In this document: in pieces, positions 39,365-49,574 of the stretch | Position numbering within the stretch: the first letter of the stretch is position 1 | Layout: each line of letters starts with the position of its first letter | Assembly: GCA_900617105.1 (NCBI GenBank) | Contig: UYFQ01000001.1 | Coordinates: forward strand, 2,728,001 to 2,792,000 | DNA: 64,000 bases | Source of the DNA: Hydrurus foetidus | Taxonomy: Eukaryota | Reading direction: 5' to 3' | The notes under the pieces: model-generated | Database searches by the model: none | The model's input: only the letters and a program-made list of their open reading frames with translations | Told to the model about the DNA's origin: nothing | Position numbers and translations under genes: made by a program

Positions 39365-40655
39365 TTTATCTACCGCCGATTTGCCCGCAATAAAAAAACC
39401 AGCTGCATCCAGCGCGCCAGCCAGCCCGCCACCCAGCCTGCATTTGCTAGACAAAAAAACCGCTGCGCTGGTGTTTTTGTCTTTCGCGGCGGCGTATTTT
39501 TGCTCGGCGCTGGTGCGCGCCATTACCGCTACGTTGGCGCCTGAATTAAGCCGCGAATTCTCGTTGCAGGCTGGCGACTTGGGGTTGCTGGGCGCAGGGT
39601 ATTTTTTGGGTTTTGCTGCTACGCAATTGCCGCTGGGCAGCTGGCTTGACCGCTACGGCCCCCAGCGCGTTATTTTGTGCTTTTTAAGTGTGGCAGTTGC
39701 GGGCTGCGCAGCGTTTGCACTGGCCAGCAGCTTTGTCAGCTTGCTGGTGGCGCGCGTGCTGATTGGCATGGGCGTTAGCGCTTGCCTGATGGCGCCACTG
39801 ACAGGCTTTAGGCGCTGGCTGAGTGCCGACAATTTGCTGCGCGCCAATTCGTGGATGCTGATGAGCGGCTCGCTCGGCATGCTGGCGTCAACGCTGCCCG
39901 TGCAGTGGCTGCTGCCGCTGACCGGCTGGCGACCCTTGTTCTGGATACTGGCCGCGATGATTTTGCTGGCAATGGCGGTGATTGCTTTTATTGTTCCGCC
40001 GTGGCCCGCATCAGTTGCACCCAGCTCGGCACCCGCACCCAGCTACGCCACTGTATGGAAGAACCGCTATTTTCAGCGGCTGGCACCGCTCGCGTTTTTT
40101 AACTACGGCGGGCTGGTGGCCATTCAAACGCTGTGGGCCGGACCATGGATGGTGAAGGTGGCCGGCTACTCGCCGCTTGAAGCGGCTACTGGTTTGTTTT
40201 ACATCAACGCGGCCATGCTGGTCACGTTTTGGCTGTGGGGCTTGCTCGGCCCGTGGCTGGCGTTGCGCGGCCTGACGGCAGACAAACTGATTGCGCGCGG
40301 CACGCCGCTCAGCTTGCTGGCGCTGGCGGCTTGTGTGGTGGGCGGGGAATCTGTCGGTTGGCTGGGTTGGGCCTTGTTTTGCATGGCGTCGAGCGTGATC
40401 AGTTTGTCGCAACCCGCTATTGGTTTGGCTTTTCCGGCGAGTTTGGTGGGGCGTGCGTTGTCCGGTTTTAACCTGGTGATTTTCTCGGGCGTGTTTGTGG
40501 TGCAGTGGGGAATTGGCCTGCTGATTGACGGCTTTGCAGCGGCCGGGCTAGCACGCACCGCCAGTTTTCAGGCCGCAATGGGTGTGTTTTTGTGTTGCGC
40601 AATTGCCTCATACGTCTATTTTTTGGTGACCAAAGCCGATAATTCACGTTCATGA
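39357..40655 (+). CDS. MFS transporter
   Basis: GSWLDRYGPQR motif A; about 12 hydrophobic segments. Confidence 0.9.
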   Translation: MNNLSTADLPAIKKPAASSAPASPPPSLHLLDKKTAALVFLSFAAAYFCSALVRAITATLAPELSREFSLQAGDLGLLGAGYFLGFAATQLPLGSWLDRYGPQRVILCFLSVAVAGCAAFALASSFVSLLVARVLIGMGVSACLMAPLTGFRRWLSADNLLRANSWMLMSGSLGMLASTLPVQWLLPLTGWRPLFWILAAMILLAMAVIAFIVPPWPASVAPSSAPAPSYATVWKNRYFQRLAPLAFFNYGGLVAIQTLWAGPWMVKVAGYSPLEAATGLFYINAAMLVTFWLWGLLGPWLALRGLTADKLIARGTPLSLLALAACVVGGESVGWLGWALFCMASSVISLSQPAIGLAFPASLVGRALSGFNLVIFSGVFVVQWGIGLLIDGFAAAGLARTASFQAAMGVFLCCAIASYVYFLVTKADNSRS

Positions 40656-41095
40656 ACGGAATTTTCATCATTGCCCACGCGCCGCTGGCCAGCGCATTAC
40701 GCCAATGCGCGCTGCATGTCTTTCCCGACTGCGCCGCTGGCGTGCTGGCTTTAGATGTGCAACCCAACATGTCGCCCGAAGAAACGCTGGCCCAGGCGCG
40801 CATTATTTTCAACCAGCTTGGTACGCAAAATGCGCTGGTCATGGTCGATGTGTTTGGCGCAACGCCGTGCAACGTGGCGCAAAAGCTGGTCGACGGCAAG
40901 CCGTCAAAGCTGTTAGCGGGCGTTAACTTGCCCATGCTGCTGCGCACTGTTTGCTACCTGCACGAACCACTAGATGCGCTGGTGGCACGCGCGCTGGCCG
41001 GCGCTACACAGGGCGTGATGCAAGTTGCCAACATCGCACCACAAAATCAAGCCAAAAGAAACCATGATCCAGACGACCACGACCATCAGCAATAA
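40652..41095 (+). CDS. PTS EIIA component, mannose/fructose family
   Basis: IIAHAP, DVFGATPCN, GVNLPML. Confidence 0.92.
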   Translation: MNGIFIIAHAPLASALRQCALHVFPDCAAGVLALDVQPNMSPEETLAQARIIFNQLGTQNALVMVDVFGATPCNVAQKLVDGKPSKLLAGVNLPMLLRTVCYLHEPLDALVARALAGATQGVMQVANIAPQNQAKRNHDPDDHDHQQ

Positions 41096-41333
41096 ACTCG
41101 GCCTGCATGCAAGAGCCTCCGCCAAACTCACCAAATTAGCCGGCAGCTTTGCCTGCGAAGTATGGATGAGCAAAGGCGAGCGCCGCGTGAACGCCAAAAG
41201 CATCATGGGCGTGATGATGCTGGCCGCAGGTATTGGCAGCACCGTGGTGGTGGAGACCAATGGGGCCGATGAGCAGGTAGCGATGGATGCGCTTTTGGCA
41301 CTAATTAACGACAAGTTCGGAGAAGGGGAGTAA
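41064..41333 (+). CDS. ptsH: Phosphocarrier protein HPr
   Basis: GLHARAS, NAKSIMG. Confidence 0.95.
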   Translation: MIQTTTTISNKLGLHARASAKLTKLAGSFACEVWMSKGERRVNAKSIMGVMMLAAGIGSTVVVETNGADEQVAMDALLALINDKFGEGE

Positions 41334-41433
41334 TGTCGCCCCCACGGTCGCTCACTGCGTGTACGGACTGGCAAAGCCAGATCCGTGGCCCCGGCTTGAC
41401 TAAATCACATGGATCTGCGACCGAGGAGGCTGG

Positions 41434-43218
41434 ATGACTTTCTCAGTTCACGGCCTGGCAGTCTCGCGCGGTATCGCGATTGGCCGTGCCGTGCTGGTGG
41501 CGTCTAGCCGGGCTGACGTTGCGCACTACTTTGTAGACGCTGATAAAACCGACCTTGAAATCGCGCGCGTGCGCACCGCCCGCAACGCGGTAGTTGAAGA
41601 AATCTCGCGACTGCAGCACGACTTGCCCAAAGATGCGCCGCATGAAATTGCGGCCCTGCTGGACGTGCACCTGATGCTGCTGCAAGACGACCAACTCATT
41701 AGCGGTGTAAAAAAATGGATCACTGAACGGCGCTACAACGCCGAATGGGCACTCACCACGCAGTACGAGTCGATTGCGCGCCAGTTTGACGACATGGAAG
41801 ACGAGTACCTGCGTGAACGCAAGGCCGACCTGGAGCAAGTGGTTGAGCGTATTTTGCGGCGCATGAAAGGCGTTGGCTCACCGATGCAGCCAGTGCAACA
41901 AGCCGGTGCTAGCCGAAAACAATCGCAGCAAGGCTTGCTGCTTGACGACACGATTGACGTGCCGCTGGTGTTGATTGCCCACGATATTTCACCGGCCGAC
42001 ATGCTGCAATTCAAGCAGAGTTTGTTCGCCGGTTTTGCGACTGACGTGGGCGGCAAAACGTCGCACACGGCCATCGTGGCGCGCAGCATGGACATACCGG
42101 CAGTGGTGGGCGCGCGCAGCGCCAGCCAGCTGATTGAGCAAGACGACTGGGTCATCATTGACGGTGATGCCGGCATTTTGATTGTTGACCCGTCGCCGAT
42201 TATTTTGGCGGAGTATGGCTTCAAGCAACGCCAGGGCGAGCTGGAGCGCGAACGCCTAAGCCGCCTTAAACACACGCCAGCCATCACACTCGACGGCCAG
42301 CGCATTGAGCTGCTGGCCAACATTGAATTGCCGGGCGACACGCCGGGCGCTGTAAAAGCCGGTGCAGTTGGGGTCGGTCTTTTTCGCAGTGAATTTTTAT
42401 TCATGGGGCGCGAGTCAAAAGGCTTGAGCCGCCTGCCCAACGAAGAAGAGCAGTACACGGCGTATCGGCAAGCCATTGAAGGCATGAACGGCATGCCGGT
42501 GACGATTCGCACGGTTGACATTGGGGCCGACAAGTCACTTGACCGCGCCAGCGACCGCCTGGAAAAAGCGCAAGATACGCACCTGAACCCCGCACTCGGC
42601 CTGCGCGCCATTCGCTGGAGTTTGGCTGACCCGCCGATGTTTTTAACCCAATTGCGAGCAATTTTGCGGGCCGCGGTGCATGGCCCCATCAACCTGTTGG
42701 TGCCCATGCTGGCGCACTTGAGCGAAATCAAACAAACGCTGGCGCTGATAGACCGTGCGCGAGGCTTGCTTAGCGCACAGGGCATTGCTTACGGAAAAGT
42801 TCGGCTTGGGGCAATGATTGAAATTCCGGCGGCCGCGCTCACGCTCAAGCTGTTTTTGAAGTACTTCGACTTTTTATCCATCGGCACCAACGATTTGATT
42901 CAATACACGCTGGCCATTGACCGCGCAGACGAGTCCGTTGCCCACCTGTACGACCCCTGCCACCCAGCAGTGCTGCGGCTGATTGCCGACACCATCGCCG
43001 AGTGCAACGCACAAGGCAAAGGCGTCAGCGTGTGCGGCGAAATGGCCGGCGACGTGGCCATGACCAAGCTGCTGCTGGGCCTCGGCCTGCGCAGCTTTTC
43101 CATGCACCCCTCGCAAATACTGGCCGTCAAGCAGCAAATTTTGCGGGCCGATACAGCCAAGCTAAAACCCTGGGCAGACCTGGTGCTGAGCAGCGACGAG
43201 CCAGCGTCGATGCTGTAG
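41434..43218 (+). CDS. ptsI: PEP-protein phosphotransferase (Enzyme I)
   Basis: TSHTAI, GVGLFRSE, SIGTNDL, CGEMAGD. Confidence 0.97.
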   Translation: MTFSVHGLAVSRGIAIGRAVLVASSRADVAHYFVDADKTDLEIARVRTARNAVVEEISRLQHDLPKDAPHEIAALLDVHLMLLQDDQLISGVKKWITERRYNAEWALTTQYESIARQFDDMEDEYLRERKADLEQVVERILRRMKGVGSPMQPVQQAGASRKQSQQGLLLDDTIDVPLVLIAHDISPADMLQFKQSLFAGFATDVGGKTSHTAIVARSMDIPAVVGARSASQLIEQDDWVIIDGDAGILIVDPSPIILAEYGFKQRQGELERERLSRLKHTPAITLDGQRIELLANIELPGDTPGAVKAGAVGVGLFRSEFLFMGRESKGLSRLPNEEEQYTAYRQAIEGMNGMPVTIRTVDIGADKSLDRASDRLEKAQDTHLNPALGLRAIRWSLADPPMFLTQLRAILRAAVHGPINLLVPMLAHLSEIKQTLALIDRARGLLSAQGIAYGKVRLGAMIEIPAAALTLKLFLKYFDFLSIGTNDLIQYTLAIDRADESVAHLYDPCHPAVLRLIADTIAECNAQGKGVSVCGEMAGDVAMTKLLLGLGLRSFSMHPSQILAVKQQILRADTAKLKPWADLVLSSDEPASML

Positions 43219-43224
43219 TTTTCT

Positions 43225-43272
43225 GCTATATTTTCAGTAGCTGCTCGCGCGCGTATTTATTGGGTTATAGGC
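43225..43272 (-). repeat. R1 copy
   Basis: GCTATATTTTCAGTAGCTGCTCGCGCGCGTATTTATTGGGTT on +. Confidence 0.85.
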
Positions 43273-43308
43273 ATAAAACATGCCAATTTCGACGTTAAAA
43301 AAGCGTTT

Positions 43309-44187
43309 TTACCTTGCCCGGGCGCCCAATACTGCTGCGCCCAAAATCAACGCCGCTGCCAGTGCTACGCGCCACGTCAACGCTTGGCCGCTGACCATTA
43401 TTAGCAAGGCGGTGGAGCCCAGCGGCGTGAGGTAACTGACGATGCCGATTTGCCGCGCGTCGCCCAGTTTGAGGGCTTTGTCCCACAAAAAAAAAGCGGC
43501 GCCCAGCGGGCCCAGCCCCATCGCGGCCAGCAGCAGCCAGTCGCGGGCTGACAGTGCTGCGGGCGGCTCTAGCAGCGCGTGGCACAGCAAAGACAACACA
43601 CCAGAGATCAAGCCAAACAAGCCAATGGCTGCGGTGGGCACGTGCTGGCCGCGCAGTGCGGCGCGGCGGGTTTGCAGGGAAAAGTTAGCCCAAATAAAGG
43701 CCGACGCCAACGCCAAGGCGTAACCCCAAGCGGGCGCTAACCCTGCGCCGGCGCCAGCAGCTGGGGTTGCGCTGGCAACGTCGCTTGCGCCCAAAATAGC
43801 CAACGCCGCGCCCGCAAAACCCATCAACGCAGCCAGCCAATGCACCGCGCGCAGGGCAACGCCGGGCAAGTAGAAGGGCGCCAGCACCACCATCAGCAGG
43901 GGCCACAAATAGTTAACCAAATTGACTTCAACGGCCGGCGCAACGCGCAGCGCAATAAACAGAAAAAAGTGATACCCAAACAACGTGAACACACCCAAGC
44001 CCAACGCCCGCGGTGCAACGCGCCACCGCCTCGGGTCGCGCAGCACTGCGGGCAGCGCGAGCAAGCTGCCCATAACCAGCGCCAAACCGGTTAGTAAAAA
44101 CGGCGGCACGTGTTGCAGCAGCACACCGAGCGAGGCCAGGCTGGCCCACAAAGCGATGGCGCCTAGCGCATAAAAGAGAGGATGCAT
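43309..44187 (-). CDS. DMT/EamA family transporter
   Basis: EVNLVNYLWP, SYLTP; about 10 hydrophobic segments; start uncertain. Confidence 0.88.
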   Translation of the reverse strand: MHPLFYALGAIALWASLASLGVLLQHVPPFLLTGLALVMGSLLALPAVLRDPRRWRVAPRALGLGVFTLFGYHFFLFIALRVAPAVEVNLVNYLWPLLMVVLAPFYLPGVALRAVHWLAALMGFAGAALAILGASDVASATPAAGAGAGLAPAWGYALALASAFIWANFSLQTRRAALRGQHVPTAAIGLFGLISGVLSLLCHALLEPPAALSARDWLLLAAMGLGPLGAAFFLWDKALKLGDARQIGIVSYLTPLGSTALLIMVSGQALTWRVALAAALILGAAVLGARAR

Positions 44188-44290
44188 GGCAACAAGTAAA
44201 AACAATGAATGTAGACAATGAGCACGAACAACGCGTTTGAACAACAAGCATAAGGGCGCGCAGCGCCTTGCTCCGCCTTGAAAGCGCGGT

Positions 44291-45070
44291 TTAGCGTCGC
44301 GTAACGACGGTTGGCGTAACCGCTGAAGGGCTAGCCGCGCGGCGGCGCAAAGTCGCTGCCATTGCGGCAGTTAGCGCCGACGGCGACTGGTAGCCGCAGC
44401 GCTCGGCGACTTCGGCTTGCTTCATGCCGGTTGCGCGCAAGCTGTGGGCATGCGCCAGCCGGTAAAAACGCAGCCACTGCATCGCGGTTTGCCCGGTCTC
44501 CGTGCGGCAACGCACGGCGAATTGCGTGGGGCTTAAAAATACGCGCGCGGCCAAGTCAGCCACCGTCAACGGCCGATGCAAATGCTGCTGCACCCAGGTA
44601 GCTAGCTGTAGCCAATCAATCACGCGCCGCCGATTAAACAAGGTAACTGGGGTGAGCGGGCCAGGGGCTGCGGCGCGCCAAGCGTTTAGCAGCAGCGCGG
44701 GTGCATGCAGTTGCAGCGTGATGCTGGGTTGGCGAAGCGCGTGGCTTAAATAATGGGCCAGCGCGCTGGCTTGCGCCGGGGACGCTGGCTGCGCATCGCA
44801 CGCTGCCCAGCGCTTGTCGGTGGTGTCTAGCACCAGGCAGGTACTGCCTGCGCTGGCTTCAAAATCATGTTGCTGCCCAGGGGCAATCACGCAACCAGCG
44901 CCTGCGCCCAGCCGTTGGCCCCGGCCGTCTATTTCAAGTTCAAGCACGCCAGACAAGCCGAGCAGCACTTGAAAGTGACCATGAGAATGGCTGCCATGCG
45001 ACGCGCCGTAATGGCGCACTGATAACGGAGCAGATGCCTGAGCGAGTGCGGATGCGGCCCTCGCGCTCAT
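44291..45070 (-). CDS. AraC family transcriptional regulator
   Basis: Cupin HSHGHFQ; LTVADLA...VAERCGYQSPS. Confidence 0.9.
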   Translation of the reverse strand: MSARAASALAQASAPLSVRHYGASHGSHSHGHFQVLLGLSGVLELEIDGRGQRLGAGAGCVIAPGQQHDFEASAGSTCLVLDTTDKRWAACDAQPASPAQASALAHYLSHALRQPSITLQLHAPALLLNAWRAAAPGPLTPVTLFNRRRVIDWLQLATWVQQHLHRPLTVADLAARVFLSPTQFAVRCRTETGQTAMQWLRFYRLAHAHSLRATGMKQAEVAERCGYQSPSALTAAMAATLRRRAASPSAVTPTVVTRR

Positions 45071-45075
45071 GGTTT

Positions 45076-46107
45076 TTACAGCGCGGCGTTTATGGCCATC
45101 GCGTCGCCTACGCCTGCAATCCTGTCGCCAACACCGGCAGCGTGCGCCTGCACATCGGCGTGGTAACTGCTGCGCACCATCGCGCCCACCGCCGCATGGG
45201 TAAAGCCCATTTTGTAGGCCTCGGCTTCAAACATTTTGAAGGTGTCCGGGTGCACATAGCGGCGCACTGGCAGATGCGACATCGACGGCGCGAGGTATTG
45301 GCCAATCGTCAGCATGTCGATGTCATGCGCGCGCATATCACGCATGACTTGCAAAATCTCTTCGTCGGTTTCGCCCAGGCCGACCATGATGCCGCTTTTG
45401 GTCGGCACGTTGGGGTGCAGCACCTTAAATTTTTTGAGCAGATTCAAGCTGAATTGGTAGTCGCTGCCGGGGCGTGCTTCTTTGTACAGGCGTGCGGTGG
45501 TTTCTAAATTGTGGTTCATCACATCGGGCGGCGCGGCTTTCAAAATCTCTAACGCTCGGTCGTCACGGCCGCGAAAGTCGGGCACCAAAATTTCAATCGT
45601 AGTGGCAGGTGACAGTTCGCGGATTTTTTCAATGCACGCCACAAAATGGCCGCTGCCGCCGTCGCGCAAGTCGTCCCGGTCAACACTGGTAATGACCACG
45701 TATTTGAGTTTTAACGCCGCAATGGTTTTGGCCAGGTTCAGTGGCTCGTCAACATCCAGCGGGTCTGGCCGGCCATGGCCTACATCACAAAACGGGCAGC
45801 GCCGCGTGCACTTATCACCCATGATCATGAAGGTCGCCGTACCCTTGCCAAAGCATTCGCCGATGTTGGGGCAGCTGGCTTCCTCGCACACGGTGTTGAG
45901 CTTGTTCTCGCGCAGGATTTTTTTAATTTCGTAAAACCGCGTGGTGGGCGAGCCGGCTTTGACGCGAATCCAGTCGGGCTTTTTCAGCAGCGGCGCTTGT
46001 TCAACCTTCACCGGAATGCGCGACAGTTTGGCCGCTGCTTTTTGCTTGGCCAGCGGGTTGTAGTCTGCGGCTGATTGAACTTCTCGAACGACTTCTTGTG
46101 TGCTCAT
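45076..46107 (-). CDS. lipA: Lipoyl synthase
   Basis: [26 protein letters not shown]. Confidence 0.98.
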   Translation of the reverse strand: MSTQEVVREVQSAADYNPLAKQKAAAKLSRIPVKVEQAPLLKKPDWIRVKAGSPTTRFYEIKKILRENKLNTVCEEASCPNIGECFGKGTATFMIMGDKCTRRCPFCDVGHGRPDPLDVDEPLNLAKTIAALKLKYVVITSVDRDDLRDGGSGHFVACIEKIRELSPATTIEILVPDFRGRDDRALEILKAAPPDVMNHNLETTARLYKEARPGSDYQFSLNLLKKFKVLHPNVPTKSGIMVGLGETDEEILQVMRDMRAHDIDMLTIGQYLAPSMSHLPVRRYVHPDTFKMFEAEAYKMGFTHAAVGAMVRSSYHADVQAHAAGVGDRIAGVGDAMAINAAL

Positions 46108-46180
46108 GGCTGATATTGTCACCCAGAGCCCGCACCAGCGCTAGCGCGCCTAAAAAGGCTTACAACGCCCCAGAGTGACC

Positions 46181-46585
46181 TTACAGTGATTTGGTCAGCA
46201 GGGTCTTGATTTCGGGCGCACCGGTGTCCCCACTGCTGCGCACAACTTCCTTTTTGCCCTTAAACACCACAAAAGTGGACTGCGCCACGACATTCATCTG
46301 CTTTTGCAGTGCCTTGCTTTGGTCGTAGTCAGACGTCAATACCGTGACGTCTTTGAGAGCCGGGTCGCTTGCCAGCGCAGCGAGTGATTTTTCTTGCGCC
46401 TTGCAAGTGGGGCACCAGGTCGCGGTGAAGTGCACCGCCACCGGCTTGCCGGTGGCTTGGGCGGCGGCAAAGTTGGCCTCGGTAAAGGGTTTGATGGTCA
46501 AGGCATGGGCGGCACTGGCCATCAACATCAAACCGGCCATGGCGGTAGTCAGTGCCAGGCTGGCGAAAGCGGTACGTTTGAACAT
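46181..46585 (-). CDS. Exported thioredoxin family protein
   Basis: Signal peptide, WCPTC. Confidence 0.85.
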   Translation of the reverse strand: MFKRTAFASLALTTAMAGLMLMASAAHALTIKPFTEANFAAAQATGKPVAVHFTATWCPTCKAQEKSLAALASDPALKDVTVLTSDYDQSKALQKQMNVVAQSTFVVFKGKKEVVRSSGDTGAPEIKTLLTKSL

Positions 46586-46645
46586 GGCATTCCTTAAAAC
46601 CCGTTAGTCGCGCACAGGGTCGATTCCTTACGTATTTTTATGGTT

Positions 46646-47431
46646 TTAAGGTGCCAGATACGCCACCAGTTTTTGCGCCAGCACGTCGCCTACGTCGGCC
46701 AAGTTAGCGTTCACACCCACAGATCGCAAGTCTGCGGTTTGCAGTCCCGCATAGCCGCAAGGGTTGATGCGCGAAAACGGTTCTAAATCCATCGCCACAT
46801 TTAGCGCTACGCCGTGGTAGGTGCAGTGGCGACTGACTTTGATGCCGAGCGCGGCGATTTTGCCCAAGCCTGCAAATGCGGGGCCAGCGAAATTGGGGTC
46901 GGATCCCGTAGCGAAGCGAAGTGGCTCTGACCCCAATTTTGCAGGCCCCCGCTGCGTGAGCCGCGCATGGCTAAACGGGTCGTCCAGCCGCACATAAATG
47001 CCCGGCGCGCCACGCACCCGGTGCCCTGTGACACCAAAATGCATCAGCGTTCTGATCACCGCTTCTTCGACCCGGAAAACGTATTCTTTAACGTAGTACC
47101 CCGCCGCCTTGAGGTCAATCAGCGGGTAAGCCACCACCTGCCCCGGCCCATGAAAAGTGACTTGCCCACCCCGGTCGGTTTGCACCACCGGGATGTTGCC
47201 GGGGTTCAATATGTGTTCAGTCTTGCCCGCCAAGCCCTGGGTGTAGACCGCCGGGTGCTCACATATCCATAGCTGGTCGCGCCTGTATTGATTGGGCTGC
47301 AGGTCAATTTGATATGTATTTTGAGCTGTTTTTGAGGTTCTGGAGGCCGTGAAAGCCTTCATGGCGGCAAAAGTGGGCAAATACTCGACCTGGCCTAGCT
47401 GCTGAATATCCATGCAGTTACCTGAACTCAT
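46646..47431 (-). CDS. lipB: Octanoyltransferase LipB (alternative start 47413)
   Basis: [35 protein letters not shown]. Confidence 0.97.
   Translation of the reverse strand: MSSGNCMDIQQLGQVEYLPTFAAMKAFTASRTSKTAQNTYQIDLQPNQYRRDQLWICEHPAVYTQGLAGKTEHILNPGNIPVVQTDRGGQVTFHGPGQVVAYPLIDLKAAGYYVKEYVFRVEEAVIRTLMHFGVTGHRVRGAPGIYVRLDDPFSHARLTQRGPAKLGSEPLRFATGSDPNFAGPAFAGLGKIAALGIKVSRHCTYHGVALNVAMDLEPFSRINPCGYAGLQTADLRSVGVNANLADVGDVLAQKLVAYLAP
46887..46942. repeat. REP-like palindrome R2 inside lipB
   Basis: GCGAAATTGGGGTCGGA...TCTGACCCCAATTTTGC, 17-bp arms with 2 G:T mismatches. Confidence 0.85.
47269..47304 (-). repeat. Partial R1 copy inside lipB
   Basis: CAGCCCAATCAATACAGGCGCGACCAGCTAT on minus strand. 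Confidence 0.75.
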
Positions 47432-48045
47432 TTCAAAAGTTCTATGTGCTTTTTGACCTGCGCTTCAAGATGTTTGAAAGAAGAAAGCGACCTTAGTGGC
47501 GCTAAATCCTCGATGAGTTCGCTGACCCGATGCCTGAATCTATGCGGATTGAATTTTGCTCTACGGTGTGCATTCAGCCCGGAAGCTATTTTGAGTGCCG
47601 CAAAAAGTATTTCTTTTGGGTCTGGTGAGGATTCAATATCCTTTGTCGATGGCAATCTAAGATCGTCTTTGCCTTGCGGGTTATTAACTGCAAGTCTGAT
47701 GGGGTCAGCGTTTGTAATCAACCAAGCTTCGGTCATGCGAACCGGAATAACGCAGATCAACACAGTCGTTTGCGCTCCAGCAGGCCAGCTGTTCTCAATT
47801 TCTTGCTGCCTCGCCGCTATGCCCACTCCCTCTTCGTCGCGGTGTACAAACAAAAAATCACAAGGAAACAATTCAAAAGCCGACTTGATTCTGGACTGAA
47901 GGCCGTCTGCTATCGGAGGAAGACCCTCAGCGCACATCACTTGATAAGGCAGGTCGGTGTGTTCATCGAAAAGCAATTCAATCAAGGGCTTCAATAGCCT
48001 GTCAGAGCTCCCGTCAGTCAACAGCGTTGCGCTCACTCTTTTCAT
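47428..48045 (-). CDS. DUF4276-like (TOPRIM-related) protein
   Basis: [26 protein letters not shown]; coupled to the ATPase. Confidence 0.7.
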   Translation of the reverse strand: MKRVSATLLTDGSSDRLLKPLIELLFDEHTDLPYQVMCAEGLPPIADGLQSRIKSAFELFPCDFLFVHRDEEGVGIAARQQEIENSWPAGAQTTVLICVIPVRMTEAWLITNADPIRLAVNNPQGKDDLRLPSTKDIESSPDPKEILFAALKIASGLNAHRRAKFNPHRFRHRVSELIEDLAPLRSLSSFKHLEAQVKKHIELLK

Positions 48046-49517
48046 GATTTGATCTGCTGGAAAAGGTCTTGCGTGGGTTTGCCTGAGATCTCTGCAGGCG
48101 ATGTATACGCAAAACGGCCAATCAGACCTTTATGAACATCTGTTCGGGCTCTCAGGGCGTGACCACTTAGATAAGACATCAACTGGCCTCGTGTGACAAA
48201 TTCTGCATTCGTGCCACCCGAGGCGGATTGACGCCATGTATCAGGTAGAGGCTTGAAGTTAACGAAGGCCTTGGTTTTCTGCTTCAGTGTCTCGGCAAAC
48301 AGCAGCTCAGAATCCGTCAGCTCCGCTACTACCAAGGGCGAGTGGGTGTTGATAATGATTTGCCGAATTGGAGATGCTGCAACACTTGCCTCATCGATAT
48401 CTTCTGACAAGCTGCGTACCAGGCTTAGCATTTGCGGGATGCGTGAGGGGTGAATTCCGTTCTCAGGCTCCTCCATGCAAAGCAGGCCACCAAATTCAGG
48501 GTCTAGCGCTAGCACTGCCAAGGCCAAAAATCGCAGCGTGCCATCCGACAAAGAACTGGCTGTATAGGTTTGCTTGTCCTTCATGGTCAGCTGCAACGTT
48601 TTCACTTGCCGCTTCTCGTCAGCATCAACACTTACGGCAACGATGTCCGGGAGCAGGTTTGACAATCGTTCTGAGATTTCAGCGTAGTTATCCAGCCGCA
48701 TTAAAGCGCCTGGCAGGTGTTCTCCCGTTGAAGTGATATGGGGATCGTCACCGAAGTTGTCAAATCGTCTCAGGGCCGACGGTTCAAGCTGTAGCAATCG
48801 CCAAGATCGCATCTCGCGGCGTGCGGCCAGTGCCGTGGGATGCGTTGATGAGTTGACGCCGGAAAGTACGGTTTGAGGAGATTTCCGAGCTGGCACATCA
48901 AAAGGTGGGCCTGTTTTTTTCCCCTTTTGATCACCGTGCAGCTTAATAGCCGGAAGACTGCTTGCGTCTTTAGTGTCTGACGGTACGGTTCGAATGAACG
49001 GCGTGGTTCGTGGACCGGGCCCAGAGATGTGTTTCTTTATCCAGGCTACTGGTTTTGAAAATCCTAGGTGTTTCGCCGCATCGCTCGAGGGAATTGCCCG
49101 TAAACCCTCTTGTTCGATGAATATCGGATCCTCGGGGGAGGGGTCAGCGTGTTTGTCACTGAGTCTTAGCTCCAGCGTGTATTCAAGAAAAGTGGCCGTA
49201 GGCTTAGCCAAACGATCAAAGTCATCAGTCACCGAACTAGGAACGATCATTTCTGCGATAAACAACATCGGCAGAAACTCGCCTTTGGCGTTCTTGAAAA
49301 ATAAACTTTGAAAGTCAGATATACGCCCATTTGTACCCCTAGCGCGACTGGCAGCTTTCATGATCGGCATAGAGGCTAAATCACCCAAGAAAGTAATCGC
49401 ATCAAACAGGTTTGATTTGCCAGCCCCGTTTGGTCCAGCGATGCAGGTAAATTGGTCAAACCGAACATCGACATCGACCAAATTTTTAAAGCCTTCGACT
49501 CTGAGGCGGGTGAGCAT
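48042..49517 (-). CDS. ABC/AAA_21-type ATPase
   Basis: GPNGAGKSN Walker A, LSDGT signature, MEEPENGIHP Walker B/D-loop, NTHSP. Confidence 0.92.
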   Translation of the reverse strand: MLTRLRVEGFKNLVDVDVRFDQFTCIAGPNGAGKSNLFDAITFLGDLASMPIMKAASRARGTNGRISDFQSLFFKNAKGEFLPMLFIAEMIVPSSVTDDFDRLAKPTATFLEYTLELRLSDKHADPSPEDPIFIEQEGLRAIPSSDAAKHLGFSKPVAWIKKHISGPGPRTTPFIRTVPSDTKDASSLPAIKLHGDQKGKKTGPPFDVPARKSPQTVLSGVNSSTHPTALAARREMRSWRLLQLEPSALRRFDNFGDDPHITSTGEHLPGALMRLDNYAEISERLSNLLPDIVAVSVDADEKRQVKTLQLTMKDKQTYTASSLSDGTLRFLALAVLALDPEFGGLLCMEEPENGIHPSRIPQMLSLVRSLSEDIDEASVAASPIRQIIINTHSPLVVAELTDSELLFAETLKQKTKAFVNFKPLPDTWRQSASGGTNAEFVTRGQLMSYLSGHALRARTDVHKGLIGRFAYTSPAEISGKPTQDLFQQIKS

Positions 49518-49574
49518 TTCGTTTCCTTAATTTAGCTTGTATTTTGCAGTGCTTTCACGACCACGGGGTAACGA

